Source of the DNA: Sphaerodactylus townsendi
Taxonomy: Eukaryota
Assembly: GCF_021028975.2 (NCBI RefSeq)
Contig: NC_059439.1
Location: 22,692,001 to 22,746,139 of the forward strand
Direction of reading: 5' to 3'
Length of the DNA: 54,139 bases
Shown: one piece after another, positions 35,486-48,596 of the stretch
Position numbering within the stretch: position 1 is the stretch's first letter
Layout of the letters: the number at the start of each line of letters is the position of its first letter
Made by a program: the position numbers and the translations under genes
Notes under the pieces: model-generated
Told to the model about the DNA's origin: nothing
Database searches by the model: none
What the model saw: the letters and a program-made list of their open reading frames with translations, nothing else

Positions 35486-37266
35486 CTCTATGGGCTTCAA
35501 TAGAATTATACCACCCTGGTACCAGTTTCCCTGGTCGCCAGTGTAATGCCAGCAAAAGCTTGGAAGAAGCCGACTAATGTCAGCTCCTTCCCTGGCCTTG
35601 CCCCCAACCAACCCCTGCTACACTGCCACCAGCATCTTGGGACCAGAGAAACTGGTACAGCATCCAGCACACCATCCCAATGCCAGGGGGCTACAGCAGT
35701 CATACACTGATGAAATCATCCCTCTGCTGTAGCAAGTGCCCTTGGAGGGCTAATCTGCCAGTTCTCCAATGAGCAGGTCCCCCCCTTCTTTAGATGGGGC
35801 TCTTTGAATCTGAGGGCACACGGCAGGATACAAATGTTAGAAGGCAAATAAATAAATGTGAATTTAGATTATATAATTGTTTTCTTTTAACCCCCTTGCT
35901 TTAAATTATGTGTCTTTTCTAAAGCCATTCCAATTGTACCAACTGTTTTATGGTATTTTTATGCGTGATTGCTGCTATTCACACATTTGCTGTTTCCCGT
36001 TTCTGCTTACATCTGGACGTATGTACCAAAAAAATCATACTTTGGTATCTGGAGTTTAGAGGGAGGATTCCACACACCCCTTAACGTGTGTTTGTACAGG
36101 ACATTGCTGATTCTGGATTCAAATTTGGGTAGGTTTTTTGGGGGGGCGGGTGTGGTTTCAGTGCTTCAGGACCACTACTTACAATGGTGAATGTATCAGA
36201 AAACCTGACAACATTGTCTGTGAAGATAATGACACAAACTGTGCCCTTTATCCAAGGACTCTTCAAGTTTCAGTGAATTAGATCATGGAGTTTGATTTTT
36301 GGAATGTCTGAATTTGTTTCATTATCCTACCCTTAGAGTAACTAACAATAAAAACTACCTTTCCACTGAAAGCTGCATTTGTTATTCTTCCTTGTTGTTT
36401 GTTATATGTTACACAAAGTGAGGGAGGAAAATGGTAGGTCTTCTATTATGGGGAATTTTTGAAGGGTGTGAGAGTAGCTGTTTTTGAACCAGATGGCAAA
36501 AAAAAATCCCAGGAGAAGGAGTTCCACCTGTCCACTAAAGATCGACCAAGTTTCAAAACATTTGGACCAAGGGTTTCAATTCTTTGTGCTCTTGAACAAG
36601 GTGCCTTCATGCTTTCTACTTCCAGAGAAGAAAAGAATCTTCCTCCACACAGAAGGGAGTAAAAGAAAAAAAATCAATTTCTTATAGCTCGTCTTCAAGG
36701 CAGATTGTTTGGGAGAATTCTGTGTGTCTCCCCTGCAAGGATCCAATTAGAAGGGAAATCCAATTAGAAAAAAAAACCCCAAGAAATCAGTAGAATCAAA
36801 GAAAAGTATTAGCATGCGATTTTTAATAACCATTTTCAAGGTTCACAAACAATGATTCATGACAATATGTGCCAGCTTGTAAAGGCCACAGTGGCTACAG
36901 GTGGTGTTTGTGACCCTCACAAATTCAGGATAAGTACTCAGCAGTTTTATAAAGGATACGAGTACACATGTAGAATTTTGCAGAACATTTTCCATTACAT
37001 CATTACTGTTATTTGGGCTTTTTTGGAAATTTGACCACCAAACTCTTCACAGTAAATAAATATCATTGGACGAATTCTTCCTGAGCAAGCAGTTGTCTGA
37101 GGAAACCATTGTTGCAGTCATTTGGGGGGCGGGATTTACCAATGACTGTGCAAATAAAATGATTAGGTAATTCCCATTTTTTTTTGTGGTCAACAGAAAT
37201 ACTTCCTCCCTTTTTACCAGCTGAAAAGCTGACTGGAACTAATCCCCAAACCCTATTTTTATTTCC

Positions 37267-37994
37267 ACTTATCTATTTGTTAAGTTGGTGTTTTTTGCTA
37301 TCAAGACACAGCTGACTTATGGCAATAAGTCACAGCTGACTTATTTCCACCCAACTTAGCATCCTCAAGTGTTAACAAATCTTAGGCCCCTTCCACACAG
37401 GCAAAATAATGAGTTTTCAAACCACTTTCACAACTGTTTGCAAGTGGATTTTGCTATTCCGCACAGCTTCAAAGAGCACTGAAAGCAGTTTGAAAGTGCA
37501 TTATTCTGCATGTGCGGAATGAGCCTTATTGAATAAAAACTAGCTAAGAAAAAAATCTCAAGCAAAATCCAGGGTCAATAAAGTTTTAGGTCAGAAAGTG
37601 AAGGAAGAAGTGTGAAATTGTTGGGAAGCTGGAATGTCAAGAGGAAAGGTGAAACGGGATAGTGGACTCTGAAATAAAAAAGAAGTAGACAAAAGAATCA
37701 GTGGAAGAAAAAGAGCTAAGGGAAATAGGAATGAATGAGTCTGAGATGAAGACAGGTAAAGATTTTCAGAAAGCTATATGCAAAGGAAAAAACCCAATTC
37801 TTTTCTGAAGAACCAGGGAACTAAAGAAGATGTATGATGTTTGCAGGACAGTAGACCATACAAGTATTTACTTATTCATTTATTTTTCCCTTGAATGATT
37901 GTGAGCCAAGAAGGAGAACTGATGCAGAAGTGGAACTTATCTATTTGTTAAGTTGGTGTTTTTTGCTATCAAGTCACAGCTGACTTATGGCAAT
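37267..37994. repeat. 60-bp dispersed direct repeat (37267-37326 and 37935-37994)
   Basis: acttatctatttgttaagttggtg...gacttatggcaat with 1 mismatch; offset 668 bp. Confidence 0.9.
37385..37525. mobile_element. ~140-bp Harbinger-type MITE
   Basis: Full copy; TSD TTA/TTA. Confidence 0.9.
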
Positions 37995-38200
37995 TCCATA
38001 GGGTTTTCAAGGCAAGAGACATTTCACAGTGGTTTGTCATTACCTGTCACTGCATCTCCCCCCCCAGTATTACTTGGATGTTTGCCATCCAAATACTTGC
38101 CAGGGTCCAGGCTGAGAGTGTGGGACTGGCCTAAGGTCACCCAGCATGTTTCCATTCAAACCTAGGGTTCCCAGTTCCTTAACCAAGAACTACACTGGCT
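37960..38200 (-). mobile_element. Sauria-SINE-like element
   Basis: aagtcacagctgacttatggc...agggttttcaaggcaagagac...cctaaggtcacccagc...aactacactggct. Confidence 0.6.
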
Positions 38201-38296
38201 CTCTGTCATCTGATCACTGTGTCTAAATACAGTGAATGAGTTTCGGCAATGATGCTACCATGATGCTAACAATCTAAAATGCATTATGTATAGTAC

Positions 38297-39217
38297 TTAC
38301 TTGTGTCCAAATATTTTTCCAAGAGCCCTTTTCACTTCCTTATTTTTCAGACTATAGATAATTGGGTTCAACATGGGAGTCAAAATACTGTACTGGATAG
38401 AGAATATTTCATCTAGTGCCATGGAAGAGACTTTGGTGGGTTTCATGTACTGGGACATTCCGGTCATGTATAGTAGGCCAACCACAATAAGGTGGGAGCT
38501 ACAGGTAGAGAAAGCTTTGCTTCTACCCTCTGCAGAGCGGATCTTCAGGATGGTGGAGATTATGTGAATATAAGAGACAAGGGTTGGTAGAAAAGATCCA
38601 AGTCCAAAAATTGCAACAGAAGAAAAAAGAATCACATTATTCAGAAAAGTGTCAGAACAAGATAATTTCAGTAGTGGTGGAAGTTCACAGCTAAAGTGGC
38701 TGATTTCATGGGCGCCACAGAAGTGTACATTTAACGTTGTCACCATGTTTAGTATTGCAAAAAAGAAACCCATTATCCATGCACCCATCACCAAGTAAGT
38801 GCATATGGTTTTGTTCATGATCACAACATAGTGCAGTGGGTGACACACAGCAGTATATCTATCATAAGCCATTGCTGAAAGAATAAAAACCTCTGTGACG
38901 CTCAACAGAAGGCTGAAAAACATCTGGGTAAGGCAGCCAACAAAGGATATTGCCTTCTGCTTTGTTATCAGATCCACTAACATTTTAGGGACAATGTCGG
39001 TAGAATAACAGATGTCAACAAAAGACAGGTGAGATAGAAAAAAATACATGGGGGTGTAAAGTGATGGGTCCACTCTTATGACCAGAATGATTGTCAGATT
39101 TCCTGACAAGGTGATTATGTAAATGGTGGAGAATACTAGAAAGAAAAAAAACTGCAGCTGGGGATCCTTAGAAAGTCCCAAGAAAATAAACTCTGAGGCA
39201 CTAGTTCGGTTCTCCAT
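38297..39217 (-). CDS. Olfactory receptor, class II, OR8S1-like (306 aa)
   Basis: TPMYFFLSHLS, MAYDRY, HFSCELPPLL, KAFSTCSSHL, SIQYSILTPMLNPIIYSLKNKE; acceptor ttcttttatag|. Confidence 0.95.
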   Translation of the reverse strand: MENRTSASEFIFLGLSKDPQLQFFFFLVFSTIYIITLSGNLTIILVIRVDPSLYTPMYFFLSHLSFVDICYSTDIVPKMLVDLITKQKAISFVGCLTQMFFSLLLSVTEVFILSAMAYDRYTAVCHPLHYVVIMNKTICTYLVMGAWIMGFFFAILNMVTTLNVHFCGAHEISHFSCELPPLLKLSCSDTFLNNVILFSSVAIFGLGSFLPTLVSYIHIISTILKIRSAEGRSKAFSTCSSHLIVVGLLYMTGMSQYMKPTKVSSMALDEIFSIQYSILTPMLNPIIYSLKNKEVKRALGKIFGHK

Positions 39218-40109
39218 TTGTTTTCAGCTACCTATAAAAGAAATAGGGTGAAATGTAAACAATTTAAACATGATTAAAACCCATTGTTTTCAACTCTTCC
39301 TTTGTCTATGATTAGTTTTTAAAATATATTTAATTTGGAAACACTGTAATTGTATATATTATTAATCCATAGACCAACAGATATACACACTATCTCTAAT
39401 CTATTTTTACTGTATTGACTCAGAGGGGAAAAAAACACTGGAGTTCAGTACATGATGCCACGTTGTCCGTTGAGTCGTATGTATTAAAGTTTACATTAAT
39501 AAAACAGAAATGTAAGACAAGTGCAACTTGGAAGATAGGTGTGCTCCAATCAGCTTTTCAACTGATAGAAAAAAACAAGGGTTTATGCACAAAAAAAGAT
39601 CCATGTGGGATGGTGACTACGTAAGAAGGAAAACTGGTTAAGTTAGAGAGAAAGAGCTTGCTAGATCTCACCCATACTATTTTAGTAGCTTGCAAATGGA
39701 GTTCACAGGATACCTTAGATTCCTTAGAAGATAAACAAGTGATCCCAAATGAGATAAATAATGGTTGGGTACATGTCTGGAAAACTGGCTGACCACCACT
39801 AACTGTCTTCCCTTGTAATGCAATCTGTATAAACTGCGGGTAAGGTCTAGAATTTTCCAAGAATCTGTTTCGATGTGCTGAGATGATGTGTCAGCTGTGT
39901 TAGAGTTCCTCAGTAGGTTAGTCCATGTAGGATGTGGCCTTTGAGATAGAACACAAAGACCACCACTCTATGGTGTGCAGTTAAAATCTTTTAGCTGGAG
40001 ATGTCTCTCATACATACTATACATAAAAAATTATTTCCAACTCAGGCAGTTCGAGAACTGGCCAAAGTGAAAGTGGCCATCAGATTAAGAGCATTTTTAA
40101 AAGATGCAT

Positions 40110-40330
40110 AAACTCACCTGACATGGTCTCCAGCAATGGGATAGAATACTACTTTTTTTACAATTTAAGATAGAAGGACAAAAACCAAACCCTGAACTTC
40201 ATCCAGGCAGAATCCATGAGTTCTCTCATATGACAATGACTTGATGGGATGTATTGTATTTGAACTTTGTTTTATGTACACATTACTCTCCAAGCAAATA
40301 AGAGCAAATTAATTCTCAGGGGGATGCCCA
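40110..40330 (-). promoter_or_regulatory. Candidate promoter and 5' exon of the OR at 38297-39217
   Basis: Overlapping homeodomain/O-E-like TAATTCTCAGGGGGA (40310-40324) and consensus donor CAG|GTGAGT (40113-40121, minus). Confidence 0.45.
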
Positions 40331-40805
40331 CTTCCACCTGGAACTATTAGTTCACATCTCCCTTTAGCAAATAATCAGCACATTACAAGCAGCAGGTGTT
40401 ATTACATCTGTATCACTATTGTGACAATGGAAGGCTAGTTTAATAATGGAAGCAGCTGGGAAGCCCCTACAATAAGACACATTTGCTTGCCCAGTTCTGT
40501 ATCTCCCAACCTGAATTTCAGATTTCTTTTTCAAGCACATATTCAGCGAACTTGGGTCACTGAAAAGAGCAGGACTTTAAGGATTTTGTGGGCATCTTAT
40601 GACTTATGATACCAGTTCATTTCAGATCTCTGTTCATGGCATGAATATTGATCCACCAGTTGGTTATTGGATCCTGATTGTAAACCATAATGTATTTAGC
40701 AGTGAAGCCATGAAGGGATTTTGTCCAAAGCCAGAAAGAACTCTTAACTCTCAGGTCTAACAATGAGCAAATGTGGTGTAGCAGGCAGGTCCAATTCTGG
40801 ATAGC

Positions 40806-40990
40806 TTCAGAGGGCAGTCATATTGATCTGCAGTAGAAGAGCTAGCTTTAAGTCCAGTAGCACCTTGAGAGTAACAAGATTCTGGGGGAGGGGGGGTAGA
40901 AGTTTTGAAGAGTCAAAGTGTCCTCTGGTAAAGGGAGCTTTATACCCCCAAACCTTGTTGATCATTATGGTGCTGCTGAATTGGAGTCCA
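40806..40990. mobile_element. Decayed Penelope-like inverted terminal-repeat remnant
   Basis: gatctgcagtagaagagc...agtccagtagcaccttgaga..aacaagatt, mirrored by ccttgttgatcattatggtgctgctg. Confidence 0.5.
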
Positions 40991-41057
40991 CTGGGATGAA
41001 GCAGTAGAAAAAAAATGGGCTGAATTTCCCTCTTCCAAAGAAGCTTTGAAGGATCAG

Positions 41058-41698
41058 CAGATGCGTACCTAGGCAAACTGGAGCCTTGGGCAAATCCTGA
41101 GTTTGATGCCCCCCCATGGGTGGCCACCCTCCTCCACCATGATCAAACAATGATTTCTTCCACCAGGTCGTTCCAAAGTCACCATCACATTATAGAACAC
41201 CCCCCAACTCAGAAATCTGGATTTAAAAACAAAATCTGGGAAAATTTAGGGGGTGCCTGTTGTCAGGGGTGCAATTATTAAGGTAGCAGCACCAAAATTT
41301 CAGAGTATCTTCGTGAGGCCCTACTGATGATACCACCCAGGTTTGGGGAAGTTTGGTTCAGGGGGTCCAAAGTTATGGACCCTCAAAAGTGTAGCCTCCA
41401 TCTCCTATTCGCTCCCATTGGAAACAATGGGGGATGGGGCACTCCCTTTTGGAGTCCATACCCTTGGACTCCCTAAACCAAACCTCACCAAACCAGGTCA
41501 TATCATCAGGAGATTCTCCAAAAAAATCCCTAAAATTTTGGTGCTGCTAGCCTAAAATCTGTGTCCCCTGTAGGCCAAAAATGGAAAAAAACACTGAAAA
41601 TACAAAATCCCACACAAACGAACCTGCAATTTTGTCGCCCATCACAAGGTGGCGCCCTGGGCAGCTGCCCACTTTGCCCAATGGGAGGAACGCCTCTG
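41058..41698. mobile_element. 641-bp hAT (Tip100-like) non-autonomous element
   Basis: TIRs CAGATGCGTACCT / AGGAACGCCTCTG; perfect 8-bp TSD AGGATCAG. Confidence 0.85.
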
Positions 41699-42099
41699 AG
41701 GATCAGTACCCTTTCCTTTCTTTGCACAGGGTCTCCCTATCAGAAATACTAAGCATTTTCCCTTTTTTACTTATCATTTGACTGTAATCCTTACAACAGC
41801 TCTATGAAAGAGGTCAGTCATATTATACCCGCAGTAGAGGAAAAACAGAGTCTGAGATAGTGCAGCTTATCTAAAGCCACCTGCAGTGTTTTGGATGGCA
41901 AGGAGATGTGAATCAGCTGGCTGAATCAAAGGGAGAGATGGGACAATTACATTATCTTCACTCATCTCCCTGGGACCAAAATACCACTTGGCTGCACACA
42001 CACCTCTGCCCACAACCAACTCCTACCATTACTATTCCATGTGGTCATTAAGGAACAGTTATAAAAGGAGAGGATGTTTGAGTGGGTGGGGAAGTGGTC

Positions 42100-42178
42100 A
42101 TGAATTTCCAGCACTGAGCAGCAGGTTGGACTAGGTTGGAAGCCCCTTCCAACTATATGTTTCTAGGATTCTAGGATT
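42100..42178 (+). mobile_element. CR1 LINE 3' tip
   Basis: ggttggactag...ccccttccaact... followed by (TTCTAGGA)n. Confidence 0.6.
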
Positions 42179-42391
42179 GGGAGGCAAAAATCACCATGTG
42201 AAAGGGATGGAGGAACAAGCCACCTGTTTCATGCAGGGTGAGGACCACTCATCTATTGCCAGCATGCATAAGGCAAGTCTCATGTTAGGCCATTGCCCCA
42301 TTGGAACTTTCCCCAGTGACCAGTCTGGCCAGTCTGACCAGTCTGGCTCAAGCTATATATTTGATTTAAGAGATTGTATCTCTTCAATTTG

Positions 42392-42523
42392 NNNNNNNNN
42401 NNNNNNNNNNNNNNNNNNNNNNNNNNNNNNNNNNNNNNNNNNNNNNNNNNNNNNNNNNNNNNNNNNNNNNNNNNNNNNNNNNNNNNNNNNNNNNNNNNNN
42501 NNNNNNNNNNNNNNNNNNNNNNN
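42392..42523. other. Assembly gap (132 N)
   Basis: N run. Confidence 1.
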
Positions 42524-43717
42524 CATAACCCTCTACAAAATGCAATGGCCAAAAGATGCATATCAAATAAAGACCCGGTGTGGTATAGTAGCAAAAAGCA
42601 GCAGACTCTATTCTGGAGAACGAGGTTTGTTTCCCTGCTCCTCCACATGAAGGACTGAGAAGATTCATGACAACCAATAGGAATAATTTTATTGTATCAA
42701 GCTGAAATTATTTTTGAGACATTTGCAGAAGCCTGTTATTATGTGGCTTTTTTGTGTCTCAAAAGCAACTTCTTGGAATATCATAGCTGGTGGTTGTGTT
42801 TTCTGCTTCTGTTTCCTTCTTGGTATTTCATCAGCCTGAAAGAAAAAGAGAATGGGGATGCACATCACCACTGTAAAAGCACCCCATTGTTTCCCCTGTT
42901 TTTATCCTATCTAAATAGCAACCCCATCCAAAAATGACGGGGGCGGGGGGACTGAATCTCCCAAGAATCAGCAGGGGCAAATGTGCTGGTGGGCAGCCAC
43001 CACAGCCCTCACTGGTGATGGAATGTGGTGCTGCGTACTTCACCAGCGTCCCTATTCCCTAAACACCACCACCACCATTCCAGGTGTGGTCTGGGAGTGT
43101 GGCTGGGGAGGAGCTGATGCTAGTTAGCTTCCACCCACACTTTGCTGTTGGAAGAGTGGTCACATGACTAAGGGTAGTCATTGCAATTTTTTTAATGAAT
43201 TCTTTTCAACATAAATTTTGAGAAAGAACTGAAAAAAATATGACCCAAGCATGGGAGAGAATTGCAGTTTGCACATAAGTTTAATAATGTTACTAGAACA
43301 GCTATTGCAAACACAGTGCTGTGTGTTATGAGAATATTCTTTACTAAACACTTCTTTAGTATCTTCTGTCATATCAAACCATTGAAAAGAATAGATCTTT
43401 GTACAAACACAGAGAATGAATACCAAATGTCTATATTATCTTTCAGAGTGCAAAATAAAACAAGAAATTACTAGTTGATCTGAACATTTTTCTATAGGTC
43501 TCAATTTAAACTAGCATGGCCATTTGATTATTTCTGCATGGGCTGTTACATGGGCTGAAGTCTCTGAAGGATGACATCATGTGCTCATGATTTGTTGGCC
43601 ATGAAACAATCAACTTCCCTGTTAATTCAGCTGTCATCAGGAACACAACACCTGAGTTTGCAACTCACCCTAGGTCTTGTCTACCAGCTTTGCCACATTC
43701 CTCAACCTAACATCACT

Positions 43718-44650
43718 TTAGATTTTATTCCTCAGGAATGTTTTCTTCAAAGCCTCTTTTACATCTTTGTTCCTGAGCGTGTATATCATTGGATTCAACA
43801 GCGGAGTTATCACTGAGTAAAAAACAGCCACTACTTTGTTGGCGTTAGATTTGTACCTCACTGCTGGGCGAACGTACATGAAAATGAGGGTTCCAAAATA
43901 GATGGTGACTACCGAGAGGTGTGAGGCACATGTTGAGAATGTTTTCCTTCGGGCTGCAGCAGAAGACATTTTTAATATAGTGACTACAATGTGCATATAA
44001 GACCCTAGAGTGAATAAAAGAGCAGCCATTACAATGATAGAGCTAAAGCTGTAACCCACAACCTGGATGGCATAAGTATCGGTACAAGCAAGACGAAATA
44101 TCTGCCCTGCATCACAGAAAAAATGGTTAATCAGATTGGGACTGCAGAAGGATATTTTAGCTAACATGAAAGATGGAAAAGTAGGGCATATGAATCCTAC
44201 AAACCAACACAGGATAGCCACATTTCTACATGTCTTAGGGTTCATGATGGTGGAATAACGTAGTGGATTACATATTGCTAGGTACCTGTCATAAGCCATG
44301 ACCGTAAGGATGAATAGTTCTATAGCAGCAAAGGCAAAGAAGAAGTAATATTGGGTGATACAACCTGGGATTGAAATGGCTCTCTTGTCTGCCAAGAGAT
44401 TCGCCAACATCTTCGGCACTGTGACAGTGGTATACCAGACCTCAACCATTGACAGATTGCAGATGAAGAAATACATGGCAGTCTGGAGGCGTGAATCTGC
44501 CACCACAATGACAATGATCAGCAGGTTCCCCAACAGCGCCAGGATGTAGATGATTAGGAACAGCACAAACAATGCAGTCTCAAGGCTTGGGATGCTAGTG
44601 AAATGAAGAAAGACAAATTCTGCAACCACAGTTCGGTTTTCCTTCTCCAT
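43718..44650 (-). CDS. Olfactory receptor, class II, family 6/11-like (310 aa)
   Basis: AMYFFICNLSMVEVWYT, MAYDRYLAIC, KTFSTCASHL, LNPMIYTLRNKD; NRT sequon. Confidence 0.95.
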   Translation of the reverse strand: MEKENRTVVAEFVFLHFTSIPSLETALFVLFLIIYILALLGNLLIIVIVVADSRLQTAMYFFICNLSMVEVWYTTVTVPKMLANLLADKRAISIPGCITQYYFFFAFAAIELFILTVMAYDRYLAICNPLRYSTIMNPKTCRNVAILCWFVGFICPTFPSFMLAKISFCSPNLINHFFCDAGQIFRLACTDTYAIQVVGYSFSSIIVMAALLFTLGSYMHIVVTILKMSSAAARRKTFSTCASHLSVVTIYFGTLIFMYVRPAVRYKSNANKVVAVFYSVITPLLNPMIYTLRNKDVKEALKKTFLRNKI

Positions 44651-46532
44651 TATATCAGACAGCTACAGCTACAAGGACATAAACAATAACAGCAATGATA
44701 ACAGTAGTAAATTGGTGAAAGAATCATCATATGACTAAGAACATAAGAGCTGCTATGCTGGATTAGAACAGTGGTCCACCTGGTCTAACACCTAATTTTA
44801 CCCACCTAATTTTACCAACCAGTTGCACTCCAATGAATTCAACATGTGCATATGAAAGCCACTGTGTCTCCAGACTGAACCATGGTTGGTGGGGGAGCTC
44901 TGTTTTTTGGACACAAGTGTTCCAACTCATCCTGCTAACCTTAGGGATGGCTTGGAGATTCAGTGCCATGGTGGGTGTCATTCTCTGCATTGGCTAAGTA
45001 TCACTCACAAGGACAGAAGCCTGTCTGGGTCAACCCTTGTTAATATCAACTGTAATACAAGCCTGCCATGCTTTTTCCTTAAAAGATTAAGGAAAATATA
45101 ATACACCAGCTTGAGAAGATTGTTCCCACTTCCAGCCTCAGCTCACCTACCTCCATGAAACAAAGAGTACACTAATAAGATTTCATCAAGAAGTTCCTGC
45201 CAGACATCCTCCTGAAATACTAATCTCATCTTCTGATTTCTGACTAACCTCTCCCAAGATCACCTTCATTTACGTTAGCTTTGTCCTGAAGTGCTGTGTG
45301 GTTTCCGGGCTGTATGTCCTGAAGCTGTGTTTTGTCCTGAAACTGTGTTTGAGTCAGCTTCCTCTATCTTTGAACAGTCCCTGGCTTAGAACATTAAATC
45401 TAAGTGTCCAACATTAGTTTTAGGTATCCACCACATAACATAAGTGTCCATTTTTGTCTTCCCCAGGAAGACAAGGACCTCCCTTTGTCCAGGAAAGATT
45501 AAGCTCTTTTAGCACACTAGAGGACCCAGTCTTCCCTACAAATTACCTGCACATTCTGCAGATAGTGTTCAACATTTCTGAACTAAATCTCTGGCCTGAC
45601 TCTGTTGCACAAAGTATACTCATAGCTGCCTTGGTTCAGTTACAATGGCTGTCAGCTTCTTACTCTGTCTTGTATCAGAGCTCAGTACAGGTTGCTGGAC
45701 TCTGCTCATCAAACCATTCCACTCCTAGATCAGGTAATTATTCTTTTTATTCCCCCCAAATCCCTTGCTTTTCCAAATCTTTTCCCTCAGTACTACCAAT
45801 ATCCAAGGGCTGTGTGAATTCTCTGCTGCTTTGATTTGTGTGTGTGTACATTGATTATTTTTGCCCTTTTAATAAAAATTGTTAAACTTTTACCCATGTT
45901 TCCTGTTGATTTCTTGTGGAAACCCATCTCAATAAACTTTGGTGAGAAACATCTCGAGCTTATCCAGCTTCTTGCTGCCCTAGGACTGCCCTCACTAATT
46001 TCCCACTTTAAAAAGGTGCAGACCCCATCATTTTGGGTAACAACTGGCTAAATTACATTGTTTATTTCATACACAGTTTATGCACCTGAGCGTCAGTCCA
46101 GTTCCCTTAAGTAAACTAAGTTTTGCTGAAAAGATACACACTCACACACTGTTTTCAAAGTGCTTCACATAATTGATACAATGCATCATAAGCGGTGATA
46201 TCTAAATGGATTTTCTAGGTTCAGAGGCAGTAACACTTTGGGTAAATGTGCTGTAGAAAACCATAGAAGGGGCCTTTAGGCTTTGTAGTCTAGGGTATTT
46301 GGTTTGCCCTGGGTGAAACAGGAAGAATATTCAACAAGATGGACTATTGGTCTGGTCTATAAAATTGAGTGTATGTTCTTAATTCATGATTGCCACCACC
46401 AAAGATCACCCTCCTTCCAAAGAAGTCAGAGTGATGTTCCATCTTGCTCAGGATTGTGTATTGTTCAGTGGGAGTGGCTCTCGAGGTTCTCAGTTCTTTC
46501 TAGATTCCTGTTACCTGAGATTCTTTTAACTG

Positions 46533-46768
46533 AGAGCCAGCATGGTGTCGTGGTTAAGAGTAGTGGCCTCTAATGGAGAACTGGGTTTAACTTCCCACTA
46601 TTCCATATGAAGCCTGTTGAGCCTTGGGCCAGTCACAGTTCTCTTAGAACTCTATTAGTCCCTCCTAACATGCAAGGTGTCTGTTGTGGGGAGGGTAAGG
46701 GAAGGCAAGCTGCTTTGAGACACCTTAAAGGCATAGAAAAGCAAGATATAAAAACCAACTCTTCTTCA
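46533..46768 (+). mobile_element. tRNA-SINE (Squam2-like)
   Basis: agccagcatggtgtcgtggttaagagt head; ccttgggccagtcacagtt core; aaccaactcttcttc tail. Confidence 0.7.
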
Positions 46769-48201
46769 AAAAGCAGCTAGACATCATGAACACAAATGAG
46801 GTCAATACATGAAATAAATAAATACCTTGTGATGCTAAATTCCACAAGTTTATTAATCATGAAGATAAAAAAGGAATGAAATATTACTGAAAGACACTCA
46901 CCTAGAAACTTCTGAAATATTAGGCAGGCTGCTGGAAGTCACTCTGTTCAGTTATAGTGTTAGGAATCAATGAAGATCCCTTTCCTATAAAAAAGGAATG
47001 AATTAATAAAGAAATGTAATGTTTGCTCCAGGCTGCTTGTGAATACTCTTGATTTGCTGTACTTGCTACAACCTACAGATTTAATCACACCTGGTCTGGT
47101 GAGCCGATCACTGATCTTTTAGAAACCCAAATGCATACTTGTTTAGTTAATATTGGGGAAAGGTGAGACTCTGGGGGAGACCCCTATTGCATCTTAAGAT
47201 AGTGATATAGTGTGTAGAGTGACTGCCCATGAGAATACAAAGGAAGTTCAGTACATTTAATTGTGCTCCAGGTGACAGTCCATGTGTATAAACAAATCAC
47301 TTTTCTGTGCAGGGATCATACACTTAGCCAGAATCTATACCCCTAGCAAAGTGCTGAAGTAAAAAAGAACTGTGCCACTTCAGGGTGGGGGTAAAGGGGA
47401 GGATTTTTTCCCAAAAATTTCCCTACATTAATAACAACCAGTTAACAAAACTGTAGCACAGCATGCAAAAAGCTAGGCTTCACCTTATTTGCTGAAGTGC
47501 TATTATTATTATTATTGAATTATTTTCAGGGAGATTTTTTACATGACAACCCCATCCATTACAGATGCTCCACCCTGCTGTTCCCAAAGGGGCTTTCTGG
47601 CAGTGTGGAGAGGCAAAAACACACACAAACCCTCTCTACAATCAGAAAGTCCCCAGTGGGCTCAGACTTATGCCCAGCCAGTGTAATGGAGTGTAATGGA
47701 GGCAATGGCCGGGGTGGAAACCAACTATCACTGACTCCTCCCCTGGTCACATCTTTGGACTACCCCTGCTATGCCAGTGATGGCTACTGGGGCTCAGGGA
47801 CACTGGTCACCCACAGTTGCATCTACCCCTCTGCCAAAGCAAGTGCTCCAGGGAGGGCAGTTCTGTTGCTACTGCTCTGCACTGCTCTCAGGGACAAATT
47901 TGCCCCTTCCTTTGGTTAGAGTTGCCAGTATTAAACATTTGACCTTTCCATCTGCAGCCTAAAGAAGTGTTGACCAATTCTCCCTAACTGACTAATTCTG
48001 AAGCATATTTTTGCTACATACATGTGGACCAGGTCTTATGGGTTTCAATGCTTCTGGATGCTTCTGCAGTTGTGTATCACTCTGTAGCTGGTTACCTTGA
48101 ATCTTCTGTTCTGTTGTTCTCATTGATTTTCTTTAGTGTTTCTCCCTGGAACGTGTTCAATTTTTAACCAAGCCTTGTGGGAGAGCCATCAGCTCAGCTG
48201 A

Positions 48202-48420
48202 TAGGGTTGCCAAATCTAGTACAGGAAATTCCAGGAGACTTTGGGGATAGAGTGTGGAGAACGCATGATTTAGGAAAGAAAGGGGCTACATCGGTGTATA
48301 ATGCTATAAAGCTTATCCTTCAAAGTAACCATTGTCTCAAGTGTGACTGATACCTGTAGTCTGGAGACCAGTTGCCATTCTCAGAGATCTCCAGGCCCCA
48401 TCTGGAGACTGGCAACCCTA
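48202..48420. mobile_element. hAT-like MITE with TAGGGTTGCCA termini
   Basis: Perfect 11-bp TIR TAGGGTTGCCA/TGGCAACCCTA; 5-bp flanking repeat GCTGA; decayed relatives near 3840-4143, 4480-4835 and 15320-15490. Confidence 0.8.
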
Positions 48421-48596
48421 GCTGAACAATTAAAAGCTGCTGCTTTGTACTAGACCTAAATCTGCACAATCAAATTTAATGGCATGTGTTAACAATAGCG
48501 GTGGCTTCTGGTTAGGCCAAATCTACAGAAATAAAATTCATCAAGTTGAAAGCAGTGCATCAGTCCTGTGCTGACAGACAAACACTTTAGCTGTAA

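Noticed and set aside
4151-37525. Recurrent palindromic ~140-bp repeat as a CRISPR-like array or structured RNA gene; recurring peptides such as FQTTFTTVCKWILPFRTASK
   Set aside because: Copies are dispersed, occur in both orientations and have TSDs, so they are a MITE; the context is eukaryotic and there are no cas genes.
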